A stretch of 32,000 bases of DNA. Origin: Patescibacteria group bacterium. GTDB taxonomy: Bacteria > Patescibacteriota > UBA1384 > XYA2-FULL-43-10. Shown here piece by piece: positions 8,502 through 18,047 of this stretch; positions within the stretch are counted from its first letter, which is position 1; every line of letters begins with the position of its first letter. The notes under the pieces were generated by a model. It did no database searches. It was not told the origin of the DNA and saw only the letters and a program-made list of their open reading frames with translations. A program made the translations under genes and the position numbers. Location: positions 30,001 to 62,000 of the forward strand of contig JBAYVT010000005.1 in the NCBI GenBank assembly GCA_041674405.1, in the 5' to 3' direction.

Positions 8502-11500
8502 TTAGAGTTGTACAGCTTTGCCCTCTTCTAGATCATCTGCGCTACTATTGTCTTTGCTTGCGGTTAAGCTCCCGTCATCTTTTTCGTCGACGACAGAGGT
8601 CCTAGTCGGTACTGGTTTTATTTCCGGAGCAATTTCAAGGCTGGTACTCTCCCCGACCGGTACCACAGAATTCTCTTCTTTCAAAATGCCAACATTATTT
8701 ACAACGGAGACATCCTTTTTTGTAGAATTTCCACCCTTGTTATTTTGGGGCTTATTTTTTTCTTTTTTCTTTTTTCCAGTCCCCTCTTTTTTATCTTCTT
8801 TTTTCAAGGAATCTTTTATCTTCTCATTCAATTCAATCATTTTGAGGCCGGCGGGTGTAATTTCCACCCCTGTTTCTGCCATTTTTTCTTCATCAATATC
8901 TTCACCCATGTACCATTTCACTCCGCCCCTGGCGGTTTGCTCTTTATAGATTTTATCTCCGATAATGTTTTGATATCTAAAAATGCGAGGTTTGCTTTCC
9001 TTCGCCTCAGCTGAATCAGCCTCCTCCTCTTTGGGTTCGGATTGCTCAACAACTTTCTCCGGTAATTCTTTTTCAATAACAGGCTCTGCTGAGACGGGTT
9101 TTGGTGCTACTTTTGTTTCCGTCGGTTTTTCCTCGGCCTTTTCTGCGGGTTTATATTCTTCAATACCTGGGGCAGTGATCGGTTTTTCTTCTGGTTTTTT
9201 CATTGTCAAAAGAGCTTCAAGGCCGCCTTCTTTAAACGCTTCGGCCTCTTTCTTTGCCTCCTCCTGTTCCTTTTTTCCGCGGTCTTCTATCGCCTGCTCC
9301 ACCTCCCCTCGTGTTGCAGAATATTTTTTATGGGACAGATCAATAATTTTCTCGGCATTGCCAGTAAGTTCCATCCGTGGAGGCAAAGTTCTGGCAGAAA
9401 ACGCTGGAGCAGAAACACCATCTATTAAAAGCTTGATGTATATGTTGAACTTATCCAAATTCACCAAATCATTAGCATCAAAAACCGGTTCGAATTCTTT
9501 TACTAGATAATCGGCGTCTGTCCCGCCAACCCTAAAGGAAATAATCGTACCAGCATTGCCGAAAACCGCGTCTCTCACCTCTTCCGGCATTTGGGTAATG
9601 TATTGGTTGGCGATATTTAGGTTAAGATGATATTTTCGAGCTTCAGACAAGATCACAGCGAAAGACTCAGTCGCAAAATTCTGAAACTCATCAACATAAA
9701 GATAGCAATCAGGTCTTTTGTCAACAGTGACATCGGCGCGGCTCATTGCAGCAAGCTGAATTTTTGTAATAAGCATTGCCCCCAGTAGCGCAGAGTTATC
9801 CTCACCTATTTTACCTCGAGACAAATTGACCACCATTATTTTTTCTTCATCCATAATTTGTCGGATATCTAGCGTAGATTTAGGCTGGCCAACGATATTT
9901 CTAATTGTAGCTGTTGACAAAAACTGGCCGACTTTATTCAAAATCGGCGAAACCGCCTCGGTCCTGAACTTGCTGTCGTATTGTGCAAATTCCATAGTCC
10001 AGAACTCGCGAATAACGGGGTCCTTCACCGCCTCAACAACTCTTTCGCGAAATCTTGTTTCAGTAAGCATTTTTGGAATATCAAGCATTGTTGAGTTCGG
10101 ATAATCAAGAAGAGCAAGGACAGTATTGCGAAGTATATGTTCAAGCCTCGGTCCCCAGGAATTTCCAAAGATCTTTTTGAAAATACCGACGAATCCGGAT
10201 GCGACCATTCCCTTAAAATCATCTTCCACATGTTCCAGAAGGTTAAATGCAATCGGGTAAGCTCTATCAGCCGGATCAAACACAACCACATCTTCAACTC
10301 GATTATCGGGGACGCAAGCTAATACTTTTTCTGCAAACTCACCATGTGGATCGACGATTATTACTCCCCTATTTTCAAGAACATCATCAACCGCCATATT
10401 CTCTAAAAATACTGATTTACCCGTACCAGACTTACCAATTACATATATGTGTCGCCTGCGATCATCCCGTTTGATACCAAAACGCCGATGGATATTTCGA
10501 AAAGTTGTCTCCCCTATTACTGTCAAATCTTCAGGAGGGGTATTTTCCGAAAGTGGCAAATTCGCTGGCGGCTCCCCTTTCTTTGATCCGGACCAGACAA
10601 TATTGGGCGTCTCTACCGATTTGTGGGGAAAGTGATAAAGAGATGCGAGTTCTCCGATATTGAAAACATATCCCTCATCCTCAAACACTCTGCCACAATA
10701 ATCTTGCCAAAATTCATGGTGATCGATTTCGATATCGCCGCTCTTGAACCCATTTAGATTTGTGGTGTTAAACTGCTTGAAAGCCGCAGCAATGCTCTGG
10801 GTTTTAACCTTCGCCGATACTTCATCTTGCGAAATCGACATAATTCTAATCTTGGTAGCAAATCCGAGTTTCATGATTTTCATTTCGATGGACTTAAGGG
10901 CATCTTCGACAGTTCCTGGGAGCTCTACCTTATTTTCACCGGGAGCCGCGATTTCCGCTCCAGGGGTAACGGCCTGAACAAAAATCATTTTCAAAACGTT
11001 GCCGAACATACCAAAGATCTTAGAGATTACACCACCTGCTCCCTGTTTCTTGCCGGAGCGCACAGCTGAAATTAACTTATTTCCCCTATCCTGCCACTCA
11101 TCCCCCACCGGACGAATCAAAATTTGCATCCAGACTTGTTCGCCAGGGTTCAATTTTGACATTACCGAGGTAATACCAGATATCGGGTCAACTTCAAAAT
11201 CAGAGAAAAGCTTAATCGGATAAACATCTGGCTTGGTCACTTTTAGCTCCGTTCCGGCAAAATGCACCTTGCCATCTCCAATTTCGGAAATATAATCAGA
11301 AACTTCATGAATTTCAACCGTCGGATATTGAGCATAAACTTGTCCCTCCACAAATTCCTTTAAGTGTTTCGGGACAAATACATAAAACTGAATATATTTA
11401 TCCTTTGCAACAATCTCAAAAGACATATGGTTTTGAAAGAGAGCATTCTCCGAATAAATGCCATGAATCGAAGCAAACATTTGCTCAGCAGCAAGCGGTG

Positions 11501-11663
11501 CTTTTTCATTGTTTCTAGGAACATCAATTCTGATTATTGTGTATTCCTGGGACGAAAGCCACGAAAGGCGCCGTTCATTTTGGCGAATCTTAAAAAACTG
11601 CAAGAGTGTATATACTCCCCCCAGAATTAGCACTAAATATAAGAAATATAAAAATATTGCCAT
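8502..11663 (-). CDS. Membrane-anchored VirD4/TraD/TraG-like (type IV coupling protein-like) P-loop ATPase, paralog 1. It has a roughly 380-aa N-terminal domain of unknown function and a roughly 280-aa E/K/P-rich C-terminal tail.
   Basis: One N-terminal TM (IFLYFLYLVLILGGVYTLL). Walker A IGKSGTGKSVF; DPHGEF; Walker B CYLYVDEFQNF (the DEF-type box is typical of T4CP/TraG); NQY...; RVGGTDADYL. It is collinear with the 847-aa paralog over the N-domain and the ATPase. The tail carries a poly-Lys block. Confidence 0.75.
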   Translation of the reverse strand: MAIFLYFLYLVLILGGVYTLLQFFKIRQNERRLSWLSSQEYTIIRIDVPRNNEKAPLAAEQMFASIHGIYSENALFQNHMSFEIVAKDKYIQFYVFVPKHLKEFVEGQVYAQYPTVEIHEVSDYISEIGDGKVHFAGTELKVTKPDVYPIKLFSDFEVDPISGITSVMSKLNPGEQVWMQILIRPVGDEWQDRGNKLISAVRSGKKQGAGGVISKIFGMFGNVLKMIFVQAVTPGAEIAAPGENKVELPGTVEDALKSIEMKIMKLGFATKIRIMSISQDEVSAKVKTQSIAAAFKQFNTTNLNGFKSGDIEIDHHEFWQDYCGRVFEDEGYVFNIGELASLYHFPHKSVETPNIVWSGSKKGEPPANLPLSENTPPEDLTVIGETTFRNIHRRFGIKRDDRRRHIYVIGKSGTGKSVFLENMAVDDVLENRGVIIVDPHGEFAEKVLACVPDNRVEDVVVFDPADRAYPIAFNLLEHVEDDFKGMVASGFVGIFKKIFGNSWGPRLEHILRNTVLALLDYPNSTMLDIPKMLTETRFRERVVEAVKDPVIREFWTMEFAQYDSKFRTEAVSPILNKVGQFLSTATIRNIVGQPKSTLDIRQIMDEEKIMVVNLSRGKIGEDNSALLGAMLITKIQLAAMSRADVTVDKRPDCYLYVDEFQNFATESFAVILSEARKYHLNLNIANQYITQMPEEVRDAVFGNAGTIISFRVGGTDADYLVKEFEPVFDANDLVNLDKFNIYIKLLIDGVSAPAFSARTLPPRMELTGNAEKIIDLSHKKYSATRGEVEQAIEDRGKKEQEEAKKEAEAFKEGGLEALLTMKKPEEKPITAPGIEEYKPAEKAEEKPTETKVAPKPVSAEPVIEKELPEKVVEQSEPKEEEADSAEAKESKPRIFRYQNIIGDKIYKEQTARGGVKWYMGEDIDEEKMAETGVEITPAGLKMIELNEKIKDSLKKEDKKEGTGKKKKEKNKPQNNKGGNSTKKDVSVVNNVGILKEENSVVPVGESTSLEIAPEIKPVPTRTSVVDEKDDGSLTASKDNSSADDLEEGKAVQL

Positions 11664-11708
11664 CCTGATACCAATTTTATCATGAATTGCACTTTAATTA
11701 AAAGTGAA

Positions 11709-12731
11709 TTATGCCAGGATATATTTACTTGATCCAATTTTCTTAAATTCGCTTTGGTTTTGCAGATTGATAAGAACTGTATTTTTTCTTACTTGGCGTT
11801 GTTTCAAAACTTCCTTGTAAATATCTGAGAAATCCATAGCGCCGTCTTCCTGCTTCAAAACGGCAATTATGATATCTTTAACCGTTCCCGGGGCGTATCC
11901 CCACTCTTTTAGTGCGTATATGCCGCGGCCAATCAACACAAAACGAGCGTCGGCAATGAGTTCGTTGTGAACAGTTGCGGGAACTACTTTTTTCTTATCA
12001 AATTGTTCTTCTGAGATTACCTTTGCAATATCGGTAAAATGCATCGGTTTTTTATTTTTGCGAAGAACGTAGTAAATTTTATCCCTGACCGTTCTTGGGT
12101 TGACTTCCGGCCATTCGGAAAGACCAAGAGATCCTTCGTAGTCCTCAACAATTTTTTTTGAAATTCTCGGCAAATATGACAAAAATGAAATTTTATGAAC
12201 TTTGTGATTCGGGTGTGCATCAATTAATATATCTAACTTTTGGGGGCTTTTCTGTTTCTTTAAATAATTTGCCCAATCGCGAAGAATTTTAATTACTTCA
12301 TCTTTGGATAAATCATTCAAAATCCAGCTTTCATGTAATTCGTCATGTTTTTCGATTGCTTGAACTTCGGGAACAACTTTAATAATCAAGTTCAACGAGT
12401 TTATTTCCTCGTCTTTTGCAAGAGCCTGGCTTTCTAGTACTTTCGCCGCTATATCCTCTTTGTGAATAATACCTTGTGTTTTGATTTCTCCCAAAATGTC
12501 ACCGGCAAGAGCAGAGTTCTCTTCGGCAATATACTTAGCAACTTTTTTAAGCCCTTCTTTTTCAATTTGCCTGATTCTTTCTCGCGATAGGTGCAAATCT
12601 CTGCCAATAGATGATAGAGTTCTCCCCCTGCCATCAATTCCGAAACGACCACGAATGACCAGGGCTTCTTTTTCTTTAAGCCCTGATGTCGCCTTGTCAA
12701 TAATAGTTTTTGCCGACCTGATTTTTTCCAT
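11709..12731 (-). CDS. Sigma-70 region-4-like HTH followed by two HARE-HTH-like modules (putative transcription factor / RNAP-associated protein)
   Basis: N-terminus LKEKEALVIRGRFGIDGRGRTLSSIGRDLHLSRERIRQIEKEGLKKV is a region 4.2 signature. C-terminal MHFTDIAKVI ... HNELIADARFVLIGRGIYALKEWGY resembles the HARE-HTH of RpoE (delta subunit). A second, weaker copy is MDFSDIYKEV ... NQSEFKKIGSSKYIL. Confidence 0.65.
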   Translation of the reverse strand: MEKIRSAKTIIDKATSGLKEKEALVIRGRFGIDGRGRTLSSIGRDLHLSRERIRQIEKEGLKKVAKYIAEENSALAGDILGEIKTQGIIHKEDIAAKVLESQALAKDEEINSLNLIIKVVPEVQAIEKHDELHESWILNDLSKDEVIKILRDWANYLKKQKSPQKLDILIDAHPNHKVHKISFLSYLPRISKKIVEDYEGSLGLSEWPEVNPRTVRDKIYYVLRKNKKPMHFTDIAKVISEEQFDKKKVVPATVHNELIADARFVLIGRGIYALKEWGYAPGTVKDIIIAVLKQEDGAMDFSDIYKEVLKQRQVRKNTVLINLQNQSEFKKIGSSKYILA

Positions 12732-12742
12732 CTTGTTTCTTT

Positions 12743-13240
12743 CTAGATTAGATTATCAACCGCAGCCCAGACTGATTCCTGGTCTTTTGGAACAATTATT
12801 CCAAGGCTGTCCCCTGTTTTGGCTTTAAAATATGTTACGGAAGCTAAAAGAACTTTGTACTTTTTTCCTTCAACATCGACTTGATATTCGCCGTCACCAG
12901 TTTCTTCCAATGTGCCAATCAAGTTCTTTCTGGGAACGGGACCGATTTGCTTGTAAACAAACTTGCCATCCTCAGAAATGGTTAGCTTGAGAATATCTCC
13001 CTCAATGAGCTTTGATTTTGACGCATAATTTGGCGGAACTTGATAGGTTTTTTTATCAGAAGAAATCATTTTTTCACCATCAAAAACTCCCTGAATTACC
13101 TCCCCATCATCTTCTGTTTCAAGTAGTGTCGCTTTTTTGTTTATTTCTGATGCGAAAAGTTTCGATTTGATAGCCCTGATCTGGTTCTCACAGGAATCAA
13201 GCAATTTCCTTATTTCTTCAAGATCGTTTTTGGCGACCAT
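12743..13240 (-). CDS. Hypothetical protein with an N-terminal helix and two beta-rich (SH3/KOW-like?) modules
   Basis: Start moved to Met25 (ATG 13240, preceded by gaaagg). The first 24 listed codons overlap a near-consensus promoter. I recognise no family. Confidence 0.55.
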   Translation of the reverse strand: MVAKNDLEEIRKLLDSCENQIRAIKSKLFASEINKKATLLETEDDGEVIQGVFDGEKMISSDKKTYQVPPNYASKSKLIEGDILKLTISEDGKFVYKQIGPVPRKNLIGTLEETGDGEYQVDVEGKKYKVLLASVTYFKAKTGDSLGIIVPKDQESVWAAVDNLI

Positions 13241-13283
13241 ATTGGCCTTTCGTTTTATTTCAGTTTTGCTATTCTCAGCTATC

Positions 13284-13312
13284 ACATTACCACAATAATG
13301 AACTTGAGTCAA
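13284..13312 (-). promoter_or_regulatory. Candidate internal promoter (TTGACT-17 nt-TAATGT)
   Basis: Minus-strand ttgact at 13312-13307, a 17-nt spacer, taatgt at 13289-13284. It sits about 45 nt upstream of ATG 13240. Confidence 0.5.
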
Positions 13313-13330
13313 CGTTTTTGCCGCTAGTTG

Positions 13331-13393
13331 TTAGTTTCTAGTTTCAGGAAAAACTCAATAATAAAATCAAGCCTTCTACAAACTAGAAACTGG
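13331..13393. repeat. 12-bp perfect inverted repeat (agtttctagttt / aaactagaaact) with a 35-nt spacer
   Basis: Arms at 13333-13344 and 13380-13391, extendable by two G-U pairs. It lies between the stop of the 847-aa ATPase (13411) and the promoter at 13284-13312. Confidence 0.85.
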
Positions 13394-13410
13394 CTACTAG
13401 AAGCTATCTG

Positions 13411-15954
13411 CTATCCCAATACTCCCTTAATGTTTCCCTCACCAATACCAGGAAGATCAATTACATCTACTTTTGACCTATCGCGAATTTCTTGGTCAAC
13501 TATTTCGCGGGGTTTGCCATACTTTAATCGGGACAATTCAACCATAGCACTTCCCAATTTCTTGTTTTCGTTTTGATCAGGAGCAACGCTTGCCGCGTTA
13601 AACGGCCTCGTTGGCGCTCCGTCAATAAGCATTTTGATATAAAAATTGTATTTATCAATTGTCGTCATGTCGTCGATTTTTAATGGATCAAACTCTTTGA
13701 TAAGAAATTCAGCATCGACGGCCCCGATCCGGAAAGCCACCAACGTGCCGGCGTTTCCCATAACAGCATCTCTGATTTTTTCATCCAATTGCGCCACATA
13801 CTGGTTTGTAATATTGAGCGAAAGTTTATATTTTCTAGATTCAGAAAGGATAGTTGCAAACACATCCGTGATAAAGTTTTGAAACTCGTCCACATAAAGA
13901 TAAAACGGGGTTCTGTCTTTTTCATTTGTGTCCTGCCGCGAAAATGCTCCCATTGCAATTTTGGATACAATTATCATTCCAAGAAGAAAAGCATTTATCT
14001 CCCCTATCAATCCCTTTGATAGATTGCAAATCAATATCTTTTTTCCATCCATAACTTCTCGAAAGTCGAAGGCTGATTTATTTTGGCCAATAATATTTCT
14101 CATCATGTCATTGGTCATAAATCGTCCAAATTTCGAAGTAAAATAGTTCAACATTTCTGACTTGTGAAAATCTGAAGTTTTTGCCATTTGTTTTTGCCAA
14201 AACGCCTTAACGACAGGATCTGTAACATTTTTCACGCACTCTTTTTCAAAATCCGGATCAGTAAACAGCCTAGGAATGTCAACGATTGTGCCCCCTTCTG
14301 GCTGAACCATTAAGGTAAGGGCGGCATTCCTCATCCAATGTTCGAATTGCGGGCCCACAATGCCGGTTTGGCCCGGATCAAACAATTTATAAAACATCTG
14401 AATTGTTTCCTGAACCAAGAAATCTCTCTGCTCCGGTGTCTTCCACTCAAGCATATTAAGCCCCATCGGCCGTTCAATATCCGCCGGGTTAAAATAGATG
14501 ACGTCTTCCGCCCGTTCTTTGGGGATGCGGTTTAATATGTATTCAGCAGCGTCGCCATTCGGGTCAAGATATGCCACTCCCCGGCCTTCGCGGATGTCTT
14601 GCATAATCATGTTTTCAAAAAGAACGGTTTTACCAACGCCGGTTTTACCAATCATATATATATGGCGTAGCCGATCTTCTTCTTTTATTCTGACCGGCTT
14701 TGTTTCTCCACGATAAATGCTGTTGCCAATAATCGTTCCTTCGTCTGGCAGATTTGAAGGCGGAGCCTGTCTTTTTGCCAAAAGCCAAGCGACATTTGGC
14801 GTTTCGACAAATCTATTTGGCATGTGAATTATCGAGGCCAACTCTTCTGTGTTTAAAATCATTTTCAAACCAGCGCCGAAAATCCTAAAAATATAATTTC
14901 CCACTTCCCTACCCTTGTTTTTAGCTTTTTTGGGAAGAATGTTATTTGAGTCCGGTGCATTAAATTGGGAAAACGCACTAGCAATATTCTTTGCATTTAG
15001 CTTCGCTTCTTCGGCCGTTTTTGCAACCGCCACAATCCTAACTTGAACATCAAACCCTATCTTTGCCGCTTTTTCTCCTAAAAGTTTTACCTGCGCTTCT
15101 TGCATCGGCGTCTGCTTATACGGGTTCTGTGGGTTATACATTGGATCATGCTGGCCATCTTTGTCACCAGGTTTTACCGCATTGTTGCCAACTTTTCCAA
15201 TAAAATTAAAGAAGGTTTCTGTCGCCCTTACGGTTTTATTATTAGAATACGAAAGCCTGGTTTTGCCTTGTTGGATATTGTAGGCCGCTTTCTCTGAACC
15301 CACTCGCCAAACCTGATTGTTTGGACGGATCATGACTTGTATTCCCGCTGACTCATCTTCGGACAATTTGGAAAGCGAATTGGTGATTGCATTCAGGGGG
15401 TCTTCCTCCAGATTTTTATATGTCCGAATTGGAAAAATATATCTGCGAGCAAGGATCAGTGTTAGAATTTCGATAGGCAGGGGCTTATCTGGAAAAATCG
15501 AGTAATCAAGATCGCGATCGATATTTGCTTCAGGATATTGCGCATGCAGGTTTTTCTCCACAATCTCAGCAATTGTCGTAGGGCAACCGATATAGAAAAA
15601 TATTTTGCCGTTTTTTGCAATTATCTCCATAGAAATGTGGTCTTGGCCCGTAATGGATTTTTTTAAATCTTTGTCAAACAAAGAGTTTATGCTGGCATAG
15701 AAAGGTTCAATCACAGAAAGCATCTCCTGAAAATTTTTGCGCTGGTCATCTTCACTGGCGTGTGGCTCCTTCGGCACGGAAACTCTAAGCATAGTCCAAT
15801 CTTCAACCAATTCAAGCTGTTTTCTGTGCAAAAATGCATTACGAATTTTTTTATACAGAAAACTGATTACAATGATGATTGCTATTATTGCGAGAGGCCA
15901 AATCCACCAAGGCGCCCCTCCTCCGGTATCGTAATAATTGGGATCTGAATACAT
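13411..15954 (-). CDS. Membrane-anchored VirD4/TraD/TraG-like P-loop ATPase, paralog 2
   Basis: One TM (WWIWPLAIIAIIIVISFLY). N-domain matches to paralog 1 include SMEIIAKNGKIFFYIG vs SFEIVAKDKYIQFYVF, and ELASIIHMPNRFVETPNV vs ELASLYHFPHKSVETPNI. Walker A IGKTGVGKTVL; DPNGD; Walker B FYLYVDEFQNF; NQY; RIGAVDAEFL. Confidence 0.75.
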   Translation of the reverse strand: MYSDPNYYDTGGGAPWWIWPLAIIAIIIVISFLYKKIRNAFLHRKQLELVEDWTMLRVSVPKEPHASEDDQRKNFQEMLSVIEPFYASINSLFDKDLKKSITGQDHISMEIIAKNGKIFFYIGCPTTIAEIVEKNLHAQYPEANIDRDLDYSIFPDKPLPIEILTLILARRYIFPIRTYKNLEEDPLNAITNSLSKLSEDESAGIQVMIRPNNQVWRVGSEKAAYNIQQGKTRLSYSNNKTVRATETFFNFIGKVGNNAVKPGDKDGQHDPMYNPQNPYKQTPMQEAQVKLLGEKAAKIGFDVQVRIVAVAKTAEEAKLNAKNIASAFSQFNAPDSNNILPKKAKNKGREVGNYIFRIFGAGLKMILNTEELASIIHMPNRFVETPNVAWLLAKRQAPPSNLPDEGTIIGNSIYRGETKPVRIKEEDRLRHIYMIGKTGVGKTVLFENMIMQDIREGRGVAYLDPNGDAAEYILNRIPKERAEDVIYFNPADIERPMGLNMLEWKTPEQRDFLVQETIQMFYKLFDPGQTGIVGPQFEHWMRNAALTLMVQPEGGTIVDIPRLFTDPDFEKECVKNVTDPVVKAFWQKQMAKTSDFHKSEMLNYFTSKFGRFMTNDMMRNIIGQNKSAFDFREVMDGKKILICNLSKGLIGEINAFLLGMIIVSKIAMGAFSRQDTNEKDRTPFYLYVDEFQNFITDVFATILSESRKYKLSLNITNQYVAQLDEKIRDAVMGNAGTLVAFRIGAVDAEFLIKEFDPLKIDDMTTIDKYNFYIKMLIDGAPTRPFNAASVAPDQNENKKLGSAMVELSRLKYGKPREIVDQEIRDRSKVDVIDLPGIGEGNIKGVLG

Positions 15955-16039
15955 TCGGAAATTTCTAATTTCTAATGACCAATTTTTTAATCCCTAAATT
16001 TTTTAGTTATTAGATTTTAGTTATTAATTATTAACTAAA

Positions 16040-17635
16040 TTATGCCGCTTTTCTCAGTTGCTCTTCTTCCGATGCTTCGCGTCTTGCATCCGCCGCCATT
16101 TCTTCAATATCATGAACCTGTTTTGATGACACTTCGGAAGAACGAGCTAGGCCAGCCGCCCAATTTCTGAACCGGGCAGATAACGGCAATTTCGGCCCGC
16201 TAGCTTGTTTCTGTGTGCCTATGGGAATTTCACGGCTAGACTGAGAAGAAATATCCACCGGCTGAATCTCCCCTATGACACCTTCTTTCTTTTTATCTTC
16301 TGTCGGCTCAATAATTTTAGCATGCGGTTCTTTTTCAAGGGTAGGCAGGGGCCCCGGTTCCGCTTCAACGCTGGCCACAATATGATCTTGCGGTACCTCT
16401 ACCAATTTTACTTCATCCTTTTTAGCCTGAATGTCTCCACTTTCCACTTGTTCATGTCCTTCTGCTTCTGTCTGATTTGGCAATACGGGCTGTGTTTCAA
16501 TAACAGGGGCTTCTGTTCTTGGCAGAGGTTCTTCTTCTACATTATCAATTGTAATATTACCACCGGTATTATTTGCCTCATTTATTAACTTAAGGGCCTT
16601 TTCTCTTGCCGGATTTACAAATTCTGGAGCGCTGGCCTTTATGCGACCGCTAGCTGCCGGTTTTTCTCCGCGCAATATTCTAATTTCTTTGCCCCCATCA
16701 AGTGTTTCCGCGTCTAACTCTTTTTTTGGTTTTAAGGTCGGATCCAAAGGTTTGGCCGCTGGAGCTTCTGCTAACGGCTGATCCATAAGGCCATCAAGTT
16801 CTTCCACGACCACTGCCGCAGAATCATCAGCCCCACTGGCTGCATCCTTTGCTTGTTGTTCTGGATCAAGATTTCTGGCCCCTGAAACAGGCTCGTCTTC
16901 ATCACGAAGTTCAATTGCTGAAACTTTGGGAGCTTGGGGCAACGAGTTTTTTATTGCTTTAACGGCGATCTCCAAATTTTTACTATGGTCCAATCCCCTT
17001 TTGTTAAGATCGCGCCTAGCAAGATCCTTGTTTACAACATCGCTTTTCGGAGGCAAGTCTTGGTCAAATTTCTCTATTCCTCCGGAAACGTTTCTGCCCT
17101 GCTCACTTAGCACTCCCCCATCTGGACCAATTGAAACAATTTCCTCCACTTTGGCTGGGCCTTTGGGTAATTCTTCACGAGCGACCTCAGGCTCAACCGC
17201 AGGCTTTGCAACCTCTGGTTCCAATTCATCTGGACCGAGATATTCCAATTTGGGCCGCGAAATCTCTTCGGCTGGCTTAGCTTCTTCAGGTTCTATTCTC
17301 GTCGAAGCAACTGGCTCCGGATCAATTTTTTTTCTTCCCGCCATCCTTTCAAGCCGCAATCTAACCCTCTCCGGAACGGATATCGGAGTTTTCGCCTCAG
17401 CGTGCACGTCTGTTTCAGCCATAGAAATCGTGACATCTGTACCTTCAGTTGTATCGTCTGGGCCAATCATATATTCATTCAGTAAGGCTCTTTTTTCCTC
17501 AGGTGAAGCACTTGCCAATCTCTCTTTGAGATGCAAAAACAAACCAACATCAGGCTCTTGATGTTCGGAATTTGAAAATGCCTGGGCAATGCCGATTAAA
17601 CTTCCATCCTTCTTCTCGGGGTCACTACTTGCCAT
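16040..17635 (-). CDS. Acidic, Pro/Glu/Lys/Ala-rich low-complexity protein, predicted to be largely disordered, with no TM or signal peptide
   Basis: A 531-aa ORF in the operon orientation whose start overlaps the upstream stop by 11 nt. It has repetitive EPEVAKPAVEPEVAREE-type segments. I recognise no family. Confidence 0.6.
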   Translation of the reverse strand: MASSDPEKKDGSLIGIAQAFSNSEHQEPDVGLFLHLKERLASASPEEKRALLNEYMIGPDDTTEGTDVTISMAETDVHAEAKTPISVPERVRLRLERMAGRKKIDPEPVASTRIEPEEAKPAEEISRPKLEYLGPDELEPEVAKPAVEPEVAREELPKGPAKVEEIVSIGPDGGVLSEQGRNVSGGIEKFDQDLPPKSDVVNKDLARRDLNKRGLDHSKNLEIAVKAIKNSLPQAPKVSAIELRDEDEPVSGARNLDPEQQAKDAASGADDSAAVVVEELDGLMDQPLAEAPAAKPLDPTLKPKKELDAETLDGGKEIRILRGEKPAASGRIKASAPEFVNPAREKALKLINEANNTGGNITIDNVEEEPLPRTEAPVIETQPVLPNQTEAEGHEQVESGDIQAKKDEVKLVEVPQDHIVASVEAEPGPLPTLEKEPHAKIIEPTEDKKKEGVIGEIQPVDISSQSSREIPIGTQKQASGPKLPLSARFRNWAAGLARSSEVSSKQVHDIEEMAADARREASEEEQLRKAA

Positions 17636-18029
17636 CTTTGACAGGTGCCTTTCTTAAAAGCTCGTCCTTAATATCCATGAGCTCTTTTAGGATTTTATCT
17701 TCATATCCCGGAATATTTGCTTTCACAAAATCGTTAATCTCAGCCGCATCCGCTTTTTGGGCAATTTCCGAAAATTCCGCAACTTTGCCCTCCGGCAGAT
17801 AAAGCATAATTACATTGAGAATTCTCGCGTTAACGAGCTCCTCCATCTTCTTTTCTACCTGTTCTCTTTCAACATCTGAGATACCGGAGTTCTTGCCAAA
17901 TCCAAGATCCTCCATTAATCTCTCTTTGTACATTTGAATGGTGGCAGCAACATCGGCCTTATCGCCGCTAGATTGGTCCGAATTTGCATCGTTCATATTT
18001 GTTTGTAGATTGTCATCCAAATCGGCCAT
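17625..18029 (-). CDS. Small acidic helical protein, reminiscent of the short acidic ORFan families common in CPR genomes
   Basis: Strong RBS (ggaggg, then 3 nt, then ATG). The core LMEDLGFG ... ISDVEREQVEKKMEELVNARILNVIMLYLPEGKVAEFSEI ... INDFVKANIPGYEDKILKEL resembles a family I recall as a Patescibacteria DUF. This is unverified. Confidence 0.6.
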   Translation of the reverse strand: MADLDDNLQTNMNDANSDQSSGDKADVAATIQMYKERLMEDLGFGKNSGISDVEREQVEKKMEELVNARILNVIMLYLPEGKVAEFSEIAQKADAAEINDFVKANIPGYEDKILKELMDIKDELLRKAPVKDGK

Positions 18030-18047
18030 ATTCCCTCCAATATATAA

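Noticed and set aside
8518-11630. Many plus-strand ORFs of 60-175 aa antisense to the 1053-aa ATPase gene, and similar sets antisense to 13411-15954, 16040-17635 and 18048-20534
   Set aside because: They are shadow ORFs of long genes. They are low-complexity (Ser/Phe/Leu-rich), lack RBSs, and are fully nested in well-supported CDSs on the opposite strand.
5319-13391. Recurrence of aaactag-type motifs (5319-5340, 8470-8500, 13333-13391) as a possible dispersed regulatory repeat
   Set aside because: Only the 13333-13391 inverted repeat is long and perfect. The others are short and are what one would expect by chance in AT-rich DNA.
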